36,659 nt of DNA, taken from Bdellovibrionales bacterium (lineage in GTDB: Bacteria > Bdellovibrionota > Bdellovibrionia > Bdellovibrionales > UBA840). The notes under the pieces are model-generated. The model was not told the origin of the DNA, searched no databases, and was given only the letters and a program-made list of their open reading frames with translations. The stretch covers positions 1 through 36,659 of the forward strand of contig JBBKWS010000006.1 in assembly GCA_037969075.1 (NCBI GenBank), in the 5' to 3' direction. Below, piece after piece: positions 18,244 through 26,746 of this stretch. The first letter of the stretch is position 1; each line of letters starts with the position of its first letter. The position numbers were made by a program, and so were the translations under genes.

Positions 18244-20112
18244 GTGAAGTTAACGATTATTACTTTCGTCTTCTTAATACATTCAGTCTTATTGGCACAG
18301 GAATTTGTTCCAGGCGAAGTTATTGTTAAGCTTCGCGGTTCAAATAATAGTATAAGTACTGCATCATTCAAATCAAAAGCCAGCTCGGATAAGCAAATGC
18401 GCCTAAAGGGGTCTTGGAAAAATTTAAACATGCTTCACTACTCTTTAAAAGCAGGTGATAGCGTAGAAGCTGCAGTCAATGAGCTGCAAAATGATCCTGA
18501 CGTTGAATATGCTGAGCCTAATTATATCTTGCGTAAGGCTGATGTAGAACGTGGGGAACCAATCTCCGAAGGTCAATTTCGCACATTAGCATCAGTAGAG
18601 GTTAACGGAAATCAAGATGGCAGTTTTACTCAGACGGCTGCCAATATCCAAGCGGATCAAGCATGGGATAATGTTTCTAATAATGGAGAAAGACCAATCG
18701 TTGCTATCATTGATACTGGGGTCGACCTATATCACTCTGCTTTTACTAGGTGGTGCGCTCTGTGGGAAAATACAGCTGAAAAAAATGGTGTGGCTGGTGT
18801 AGACGATGATGGTAATGGTTTTATTGATGATATTCATGGGTATGACTTTGTAAATCGTGATGGTAGTCCGCAAGATGATGATGGTCACGGTACTCATGTG
18901 TCTGGTATCGTACTTGGTACGACACAAGATCTATTAGCAATTCCCGAAATTATGCCAGTAGGTGGAGTTTGCAATAATAGTTACAAATCAAGAGTACAAA
19001 TCATGGCAATTAAATTTTTAGATGCCAATGGTAGTGGTACTACTTCAGATGCAATTAAAGCAGTTTATTACGCAGTAAATAATGGTGCAAAGGTACTAAA
19101 TAATTCATGGGGTGGTGGGAGTTACTCTCAATCATTACATGAAGCGATTGCTTATGCCTATGACCGTAAAGTAGCGTTCGTAGCTGCAGCAGGAAATAAC
19201 ACTTCAAATAATGATGTATACCCAATGTTTCCAGCAAACTATGATGCGCCCAACCTTATATCTGTTGCATCAACTACTAGTACCGATGTGTTATCTTACT
19301 TTTCGAACTTTGGGTCTAATACAGTACATTTTGCAAGTCCTGGGTCGGGTATATATAGTGCATTCTTGGGTGGAACTTATATGACAATGAGCGGTACTTC
19401 TATGGCCACTCCATTTGTATCAGGAGTTGCAGCATTAATAGCGCGTGAGCAGCCGACTATTAACGGTTATCAAATTAGAGATGTAATTTTAAATTCTGCT
19501 TCAAGCGTTAATACTAACGTAAATGGTAGCACGGTAACTGGTAAAAGATTAAATGTGTTAAACTCTGTGATGGCTGCTAAAGGCACTGTTGTCGTTGATT
19601 CTCAGCCTAGCTATGCGATTTCATCATCAGCATACAGAGGTGCGGCTTCGGAGTCTTCAGCAGCAGGCTGTGGTATGGTCTCTACATTATTAAGTAGATC
19701 TGATAAAGGTGGAAAAGGCGGCGGTAGAGGTTTAGGCTTTGCCATTTTAGCGCTTCTTTTATCTCCGGCATTATTTTTAGCAGCTCGCCGTAAACATGCG
19801 AACCGCAGGAAACACGAGAGATTCGAAGTACATTCGCAAATGAAATTAAAGCTTGGAGAAAATGAGCTAGTTGGTGAATTAGAATCCATTTCACTCGGCG
19901 GATTTGGCTTTGACATGGAAGAGCTTATCGAAAAAGGCAGTGTTGTAACCGTTAAATTACAAACTCCTACGGGCGAAAAAGAAATTGAGGTTAAAGGTAA
20001 AATTGTATGGAGAGATGGTCATCATCATGGAGTGCAACTTATGGAGAAAAATAAAGGTATCATGCAATTTATTAAGCAAATGATTTCTAACTTTGCAGTA
20101 GGTAAAGCGTAA
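18244..20112 (+). CDS. S8 subtilase with prodomain, C-terminal TM helix and PilZ domain
   Basis: Signal peptide, VPGEVIVK/VEYAEPNY prodomain, IIDTG, HGTHVSG, AAAGN and GTSMATP. Then a TM segment (LGFAILALLLSPALFLAA), RKHERF, SISLGG and GKIVW.....GV. Confidence 0.9.
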   Translation: MKLTIITFVFLIHSVLLAQEFVPGEVIVKLRGSNNSISTASFKSKASSDKQMRLKGSWKNLNMLHYSLKAGDSVEAAVNELQNDPDVEYAEPNYILRKADVERGEPISEGQFRTLASVEVNGNQDGSFTQTAANIQADQAWDNVSNNGERPIVAIIDTGVDLYHSAFTRWCALWENTAEKNGVAGVDDDGNGFIDDIHGYDFVNRDGSPQDDDGHGTHVSGIVLGTTQDLLAIPEIMPVGGVCNNSYKSRVQIMAIKFLDANGSGTTSDAIKAVYYAVNNGAKVLNNSWGGGSYSQSLHEAIAYAYDRKVAFVAAAGNNTSNNDVYPMFPANYDAPNLISVASTTSTDVLSYFSNFGSNTVHFASPGSGIYSAFLGGTYMTMSGTSMATPFVSGVAALIAREQPTINGYQIRDVILNSASSVNTNVNGSTVTGKRLNVLNSVMAAKGTVVVDSQPSYAISSSAYRGAASESSAAGCGMVSTLLSRSDKGGKGGGRGLGFAILALLLSPALFLAARRKHANRRKHERFEVHSQMKLKLGENELVGELESISLGGFGFDMEELIEKGSVVTVKLQTPTGEKEIEVKGKIVWRDGHHHGVQLMEKNKGIMQFIKQMISNFAVGKA

Positions 20113-20136
20113 GGTCTACGATAAGTACTTTCAAAG

Positions 20137-20168
20137 AAAAAATGCCTCTTTACAGGGGCATTTTTTTT
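20137..20168. terminator. Bidirectional intrinsic terminator
   Basis: AAAAAATGCCTCT-TTAC-AGGGGCATTTTTTTT between convergent genes. Confidence 0.85.
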
Positions 20169-20985
20169 ACCACATATAGCCAATGGCTATTGTTATATAA
20201 GACCCTGAGACACTATCAGATTTGGGAAGTATAGAGTACAAAACTTCAACAGGCATATATCCTGATCCAGTTTTAATATCAAAACCACCACCAGCCTGAA
20301 TTAATCCAGTAGTGCTTAATGAATCGGTCTCTACCGCATTCGATGAGCTAGAGGCTGGATGAGCAAGGGCGCCGCCTGCGCCAATCCAGAAGCTGTATTT
20401 ACCGCTATTAAGGTAATATTGCGCCATCCCTTCTGCTGTAATATAAGTTATATCCACCTCGCAACTGTTACCGCCTGTGCAGATTGCAGTTTGAGCATCT
20501 CCTGAAGCAGAAAATGATTCAGCTCCTACGCGCCCACGAAATTGAATGGATTCACTGAATGAAAAATCAAAAGCACCTTTGACACTAAAGCCAGTGCCTG
20601 ACAAATCCACCTTTTCATTAAGTAGGGCAACTTCCATACTGTCCATACTGAAACCTACAATGCCGCCATACCTTAAAGATTTTTTAGAAGACATATTGTT
20701 TGAAGATTTTGTCGCGTCTCTTCCAGAATCTGTTGACCAACCTTTTTGAGCTTTACCAACGATAAGTTTACCAACCGCCTTCGTGCCACTTTTATTGGTT
20801 TTTGAGATTTGAATAATTCCTCTCTTCTTTCCATTGCTATCAAACAATTCTACTCGTTGCCCCTTATCAACAGTCTCGTCTTGTAGACTGATGACTACAC
20901 TTTTTCCTTTTACTGTAGTAACAGTGGCAGCGTAAACAGGTAGTGATATAAATAGTGATAATAGCAATGTCCCTAGAGGTTGCAT
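20167..20985 (-). CDS. Outer-membrane beta-barrel protein with N-terminal small beta domain
   Basis: Signal peptide, basic N-terminal domain plus linker, then amphipathic strands ending IAIGYMW. Confidence 0.75.
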   Translation of the reverse strand: MQPLGTLLLSLFISLPVYAATVTTVKGKSVVISLQDETVDKGQRVELFDSNGKKRGIIQISKTNKSGTKAVGKLIVGKAQKGWSTDSGRDATKSSNNMSSKKSLRYGGIVGFSMDSMEVALLNEKVDLSGTGFSVKGAFDFSFSESIQFRGRVGAESFSASGDAQTAICTGGNSCEVDITYITAEGMAQYYLNSGKYSFWIGAGGALAHPASSSSNAVETDSLSTTGLIQAGGGFDIKTGSGYMPVEVLYSILPKSDSVSGSYITIAIGYMW

Positions 20986-21066
20986 AAATACTCCGATGTT
21001 TACAATAGTTTATGGGATTTTTCCCTCTGAAAAAATGAATCTAAGCTTGATTCTTTGACTTCTAAT

Positions 21067-21609
21067 CTAAGGTCGAGTCTGAACTGATTGTTCAAACATG
21101 GATTGAGCGAATGTTGCAAGAAGGCTTAAGTCCTGATCTCTAGTTTCATCACTGTAATTAACAGAGCAACCAACTGCCTCTAGCAAGTCTTTATTCATTA
21201 TAAATATCAACTTGTTTGAATCATTATTTTTTACCCCTAATTGCTCGTACTGCATTGATAGTCTTACAGAGTCGGGGATCATTTCAATGTGACTTGGTAA
21301 CTGGTGCAGCCAATTTGCATATTCACTTGAAAATTTACATTCATACTCTCGCTTTAATGTCACTATTCTGCAGACAACTTCTTGCTTTGTATTGATCGTA
21401 AAGATAGTTTCATAAGGCTCTGTTTTAAATATTTCTTGCAAAAAGTAATCATTAAAGTACAAATCACAAGAAGCATTAGTAATTTTTTGTTGATATATGG
21501 TTGCCCCTTCACTTTCTAATAAAGTGCGGCCTTCGGACTCGTAAATGGAGCAATTTTGATAGCTAATCATGATAAATGTTAGAAATATTAATATAGAAAA
21601 AAACTTCAT
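21067..21609 (-). CDS. Hypothetical lipoprotein (YQNC lipobox)
   Basis: Start moved to ATG 21609, which has GAGG upstream. N-terminus MKFFSILIFLTFIMISYQNC. Confidence 0.7.
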   Translation of the reverse strand: MKFFSILIFLTFIMISYQNCSIYESEGRTLLESEGATIYQQKITNASCDLYFNDYFLQEIFKTEPYETIFTINTKQEVVCRIVTLKREYECKFSSEYANWLHQLPSHIEMIPDSVRLSMQYEQLGVKNNDSNKLIFIMNKDLLEAVGCSVNYSDETRDQDLSLLATFAQSMFEQSVQTRP

Positions 21610-21627
21610 AGTATCAGCCTCACGTAT

Positions 21628-21655
21628 CAATCGGAAACGAAGAGGTAAAACTATA
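21628..21655 (-). promoter_or_regulatory. Degenerate sigma28-like promoter
   Basis: Minus strand TATA(21655-21652)-N16-TCCGATTG(21635-21628), the same spacing as the two better sites. Confidence 0.35.
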
Positions 21656-21789
21656 GGGAAAAAATACAATTATCGTATATAATCTATACAACGCAAATAC
21701 AGCTAAGTAGCTGAATATACAGTAACTTTTATTCGACTATAGTTGGCACAAAATATTTTCTCAATAGACTTTAGTATAACCAGAAACCA

Positions 21790-21817
21790 TTGCTTTTTTT
21801 AGGCTATTTCGTACAAT
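21790..21817 (+). promoter_or_regulatory. Putative sigma70 promoter of the 21854-26746 operon
   Basis: TTGCTT(21790-21795)-N16-TACAAT(21812-21817). Confidence 0.45.
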
Positions 21818-21853
21818 CCTGTCTCTCATGTAGGATGGGGAACATAAAACAAA

Positions 21854-23092
21854 ATGAAAATACTAATCTGTCTTAGCCTATTACTAATTCCGTTATCTAC
21901 TTTTGCAATTGAAGATACGGCTGTGCTCCCAAAGGGAGTTCGCTCCCTTCTGTGGAAGCAAGGATTTGTAGGTTCGGTGACAGAAAAGTTCGGTGAAGAT
22001 TCTACGCTATATTCATTAGATGGTAGATTAACTAAAAATTTTGATGCAAAGCAAGTTTTGGCTCTTCACCCCAGAGCTCCCGAATTAATCAGTGCATTGA
22101 ACGACACCTTACTTAAAGGTTATGGTTTGGGGGACAAAATCCAATTGGGCCAATTAGAATTCAGCGGTGAGGCAAACTTGCAGTATATGGCGCCAGTGGT
22201 AGCCTATGGGTTAACAAGTAAGTGGACCGTCGCTGTGGTTACATCGTTTGCTAAAATCGATGCTGACATTGATGTTAGACATACTGGGGTGAATAATTCT
22301 AAAGAAATTTATGATGCACTTTCTAGTAAGGGTGGTTTAAACGATGAGGCTGACGCCACATTCAAAAAATTGATTAGTTTGGACCTTCGAGAAGAGTTTT
22401 ATAATTACCTAGATAGTAAGCAGTATAAGCCTTTGAAGGCAAACCCTGACTGGCAGTTTGGCGATATACAACTGATCAGTAAATATAAATATTATGAGAG
22501 CCCTAAGTGGACGCTTTTAAATAAAGTTGTAATAAATCTCCCTACTGGGCCAGAAGACGATCCAAGTGACTTTTTAGACTTACCTATCTTTCATAAACAG
22601 TTTATTGAGTTTTCTCAGGTGCAAGATTACCAGATTAACAAAAGTCTGATTTTAGGCTCGGCACTAACTTATGCATGGAATATTGCAGATAAAATTGATC
22701 GTAGGGTACCAGAGTCGGCATCAGATTACTTGCCTGATAGTTCTAGACAAGAAAACGTTAATCGTGACTTAGGCGATTCCCTACGCTGGGAAGTAAATAC
22801 CAGATATAATGTAAATTCCAATATTTCCCTCGCGACGGCTTATGTTGGCAGCTATAAGGTAAAAGATTATTACAGTGGTGATCGATCCTACGATTACTCT
22901 CTGCTAGCACGAAATACTGAGACATATGCCCATAGGTATGAATTGCAAGCTAACTATAGTGCTGTGCAAGACTACTTGAATAAAAGAGCGACCATTCCAT
23001 TTGCTGTTTCTTATAAATACGCTGATTTATTTTCAGGTAAAAATATAGAAAGACAAAGCTTGCATGAGTTAACGCTGATGGTGTTTTTCTAA
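21854..23092 (+). CDS. Outer-membrane beta-barrel, putative channel (MetA-pathway/COG4313-like)
   Basis: Signal peptide, 'FGDIQLISKY' and 'NLPTG' motifs, amphipathic strands, terminal LMVFF. Confidence 0.6.
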   Translation: MKILICLSLLLIPLSTFAIEDTAVLPKGVRSLLWKQGFVGSVTEKFGEDSTLYSLDGRLTKNFDAKQVLALHPRAPELISALNDTLLKGYGLGDKIQLGQLEFSGEANLQYMAPVVAYGLTSKWTVAVVTSFAKIDADIDVRHTGVNNSKEIYDALSSKGGLNDEADATFKKLISLDLREEFYNYLDSKQYKPLKANPDWQFGDIQLISKYKYYESPKWTLLNKVVINLPTGPEDDPSDFLDLPIFHKQFIEFSQVQDYQINKSLILGSALTYAWNIADKIDRRVPESASDYLPDSSRQENVNRDLGDSLRWEVNTRYNVNSNISLATAYVGSYKVKDYYSGDRSYDYSLLARNTETYAHRYELQANYSAVQDYLNKRATIPFAVSYKYADLFSGKNIERQSLHELTLMVFF

Positions 23093-25689
23093 TGAAATTA
23101 TTCAGGTGTCTTTTTTTAATACTATGTTTAACCCTGCTATCTTGTAGTAAAGATAAGAGTGGGAACTCGTACTCAAAAGAGAAAGAGTCATTTGGACCTA
23201 AAGGCCAAGATACAGTTGTTGAAGTTAAAAAAGACGCACCTAAAAAAATAAACTGGAATAGTTACAGTGGTTGGATTTCTACCCATGAGTTTATGCAAAG
23301 CTTAGTGACACTTTTTGAGTTCGCACCTGAAAGTAAAGTGCCATACGAAATGCTAGATAGATACTACAGCAATCCTAATACTACTACCATGGTAAACATT
23401 AATAGTGGAACCTACGTTGAGGCAGCGCTTGGCATTTACGGCCCTGACATTTTTAATAGTATTAATGTTAGTAATGTTAAAAATCATGCCGCCATAATTA
23501 ATGCGTTTAAAAGTTGGAATGTTAGAATTCCAAAAAATTTAAGTCCTGCACAAATTATGTCCAGACTCATTGGTCTATTAAAGGAATTGCCCTCGCATTT
23601 GGTTAAAAATGACGTCAGTCAAAGTGTTGCAGATGGTGTTGCAAAGTCGATAGGCTCTTACATACAAACACTAAATGTTGCTGCAGACAGACTGAGCTTT
23701 TTAAAAACAGAAAAAACTGAGGGAATGTTATTTTATAACATTACAATTATAAGAGACACGCTTAGTGATTTGATAGAATCTGGAATTGTAACACAAGAAA
23801 GCATGTCGGCGTCTATAGAAAGCCTGGAGTTTCCAACCATGCTGTCAGTTAAGTTCAATGAAAAGACTCATAAGAGTATTGCTTCAATACTATTTTCGAT
23901 TCTGCAGCAAAAAAGACATGAGTTTTTACTTAGAGTAGGTAAGGAGGATGTTTCTAATCTTACCTCTATACAAAAGGCCGAACTAATCGCTGAATTTCCA
24001 ATCTCAATGCAAGAATTTGCCAGTACATTCATTGCAGAAAGCGAAGAAGCTTTGGCATGGTATAAATTAGCTGAATTTGAGAATTTTTTAAGTCCAATAA
24101 GAAGTTTTTATTTAGGAAGGCTAATTTCTAAGTTAGAAGAAACAGATGCAAATACCATGTTGTTGGATATTGAGTATCAAGTCAGTGTAACTGCATACAA
24201 CCAATTAAATAATATTCTTTTGCAAAAGGCGCAAGATCTCCCGCAGATAGTTGAGAAGGTTGTGCTTACGCAATTTTCAGCTCTTGAGCATAATTTTTAT
24301 TATAACTTCTATAATCAGATAAAAAAAATTGCATCAGAAAGGATTAAGGAAGACTTACTTTCTGGCGAGGGAAAGTTTCCAGGAGTCGAAGGCAAGTATG
24401 TGTTCTGGCCCATTGAGCAAACAGCCTCAACCTATCAGTCACACTTTTTAACTGGTGGTAAAGAAATTGGTTCTGCCATCCAGGCCAATATATTTTTTCT
24501 AGAAAATATTAAGAATACCACTGTTGAGTCTGCTGATAAAAAGTTTAAGACATATACTTTTTCGTTATTAAATCGTCTACTGGCTATATTTGGCTATCGT
24601 AACTTTCATGGTGTACTTACCAACTCTCTTCACCAAAGATTTTCTCCGACAGAGTCAGCAAGCTTCGATATTTACTCTTACGATATTGAACCAGGCGTAT
24701 ATGCTTTGCCCGATAATTTACAGCTATCGTCAGGATATGATGTTTCTACAGAGAATCACCAAAAATTAGTGCAGACCGTTGCTGGAAAAGCATCTTTGAT
24801 TAAAGCTAGCGCGAAGATGTTAGATTTTTTTGCAGACTATAACCATAATTCATTTGATGATATTTTTTCTACATTTCAATTTGAAGGCTTTTCAGTATTT
24901 CCTAAAGAGCCAATTTTTGACCTTTCGCTTGGAAGTATGTCTATATTGCTGCGTAATCTAACTAAAGGTGAGGCAATATTTTTTGATATGAGCGGTAATC
25001 CATTAGCGAGTACTGGAGATATATATACGGATGCAAAAGGGGCTGGAGCCGTTGCATTACTATCAAGAACTGAGACGGGGTTTTCTGATAGTATTCAAGG
25101 AGAAGATACGGCGGATTATATTATTGCGCTATCCAGCCTACTTGATTCGGCGAGGCGTTTACCGCAAGCTAAAGTAGGTTTATTGTCTAAGTTGACTGAT
25201 GGCAAACAGGCAGATCTTGATACACTTATGAATTTACTGCCAAGCCTTCGTAAGCTGCAGTATGGTTTAGGATTATTTTTGTACAATAAAATGGTAAAAG
25301 ATCAGTGGCTAGTGAATTCTTATTTTATCAAAGATCAGTCTGCCAGTGAAAAAGAATATAATCTTTCAAGACAATTAAAATTAATCCAAGCGATGCTGAG
25401 TATTTATAATGAATGGAAATCTGATATTTTTCTTTGGGCAGCAGTTGATGGCTACTATGCTCTTAATAAAGAGCTTCTCAGTAAAGAAAACATTGGGTAC
25501 GTATTGAGCGCCGGTTTTCCTATGTTTGAAGTTACGGAATCATGGAAAACTCTTTTAGAACTGAAAAAAGTTATAGAATCTTTGCCCGACAATAAACGTG
25601 AGTGGTGGTCGTCTGAGTCAGAGCTACAGTTAAATAGGTTGTTGAACTATTATAAACAAAATTGGCAGGAGTTATCAAATGTACAATAG
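23092..25689 (+). CDS. Large hypothetical lipoprotein (865 aa)
   Basis: TAATG coupling, lipobox LLSC, largely helical-looking sequence. Confidence 0.75.
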   Translation: MKLFRCLFLILCLTLLSCSKDKSGNSYSKEKESFGPKGQDTVVEVKKDAPKKINWNSYSGWISTHEFMQSLVTLFEFAPESKVPYEMLDRYYSNPNTTTMVNINSGTYVEAALGIYGPDIFNSINVSNVKNHAAIINAFKSWNVRIPKNLSPAQIMSRLIGLLKELPSHLVKNDVSQSVADGVAKSIGSYIQTLNVAADRLSFLKTEKTEGMLFYNITIIRDTLSDLIESGIVTQESMSASIESLEFPTMLSVKFNEKTHKSIASILFSILQQKRHEFLLRVGKEDVSNLTSIQKAELIAEFPISMQEFASTFIAESEEALAWYKLAEFENFLSPIRSFYLGRLISKLEETDANTMLLDIEYQVSVTAYNQLNNILLQKAQDLPQIVEKVVLTQFSALEHNFYYNFYNQIKKIASERIKEDLLSGEGKFPGVEGKYVFWPIEQTASTYQSHFLTGGKEIGSAIQANIFFLENIKNTTVESADKKFKTYTFSLLNRLLAIFGYRNFHGVLTNSLHQRFSPTESASFDIYSYDIEPGVYALPDNLQLSSGYDVSTENHQKLVQTVAGKASLIKASAKMLDFFADYNHNSFDDIFSTFQFEGFSVFPKEPIFDLSLGSMSILLRNLTKGEAIFFDMSGNPLASTGDIYTDAKGAGAVALLSRTETGFSDSIQGEDTADYIIALSSLLDSARRLPQAKVGLLSKLTDGKQADLDTLMNLLPSLRKLQYGLGLFLYNKMVKDQWLVNSYFIKDQSASEKEYNLSRQLKLIQAMLSIYNEWKSDIFLWAAVDGYYALNKELLSKENIGYVLSAGFPMFEVTESWKTLLELKKVIESLPDNKREWWSSESELQLNRLLNYYKQNWQELSNVQ

Positions 25690-26746
25690 ATGTATTTTGA
25701 TTCTTCTTTTGTTTATATGTACAGCATGTTTAGATGAGCGCTCATCTCCCGATAGAAGCGCAGAAGAGGCTGTACCAAAAACTGAAACTAGTCATGAGAC
25801 TAAAGATAATAATAAAAACGATGAGGGCTCTACCGTTAATGAGACTGAGTCCTGCGCTCTGTACCCGACTAAATACAATCAGCCAAACTGGAACATGTAT
25901 TTTGAAACGTATTCCTCATTGGTAAAAGGTTCTTCTGCTGACAAATTACTTTCTCTGCATGTTAGACATATGAATCAAGAAAAAATATTTAACTTAATCT
26001 ATAATAAAGTTACTTGGTTCAGTGATAAAGAGTTTTCTTGGATTGAAAAGGTAGAGACTATCCTACCGCAGATAGTGGATACTTGTAATTACCCAGAAGT
26101 GCAGCGCATACAGCTTGGCGCGGATAATATCATTTTTGTGGTGGACGAATGGAGAACTTCAGAGTTTTATCAACCTAGGCATGTTATCTTCTGGTCTAAG
26201 AACAAAACCAATGTTTGGATTGATGAGTTTACAGGCTCTAAGTTTATAAATATCGGTCTATACCGAGAGGTTCTAAGTGATGAAGAACAAAAAATATTTT
26301 TAAGAAGACGCTATGGTAATTTTCCACTTAATATTACATCGGGATCTAATAATCTAAACTCTATTTCTGACATGCAGCTGATGATGACTAACCGAACAAA
26401 TGCTTATGTAGGTAACTTAGTCTTAAAATACGATGATGGAAGCATTTCTTCTCAGCTAGGACCAATTGAAGCTTTCAAAATTTGGGATGAGAATACTTTG
26501 AATTATAAATATTTAATAGAGTTCGGAGCTGCGGCACCAACATTTGTCGGTGATACTGATAATATCAGGACAACAAAGGCAGGCGGCAATTTTGATAAGA
26601 AATCCAGTAGAATTCGTCTTATTTTTGAAAAGAATGTGGCAAATAAAGACTTACCATTTATAGGTGAATATATTCAAAGTGGTTTTGAGAAAAAATGGAT
26701 TCACTTTACTGGTGTAAGGCCAGCTAGGGTTGAGTCTTTTGAATAA
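25679..26746 (+). CDS. Hypothetical lipoprotein
   Basis: 11-nt overlap with the upstream gene, lipobox CTAC, charged low-complexity tether then a beta-rich region. Confidence 0.72.
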   Translation: MYNRCILILLLFICTACLDERSSPDRSAEEAVPKTETSHETKDNNKNDEGSTVNETESCALYPTKYNQPNWNMYFETYSSLVKGSSADKLLSLHVRHMNQEKIFNLIYNKVTWFSDKEFSWIEKVETILPQIVDTCNYPEVQRIQLGADNIIFVVDEWRTSEFYQPRHVIFWSKNKTNVWIDEFTGSKFINIGLYREVLSDEEQKIFLRRRYGNFPLNITSGSNNLNSISDMQLMMTNRTNAYVGNLVLKYDDGSISSQLGPIEAFKIWDENTLNYKYLIEFGAAAPTFVGDTDNIRTTKAGGNFDKKSSRIRLIFEKNVANKDLPFIGEYIQSGFEKKWIHFTGVRPARVESFE

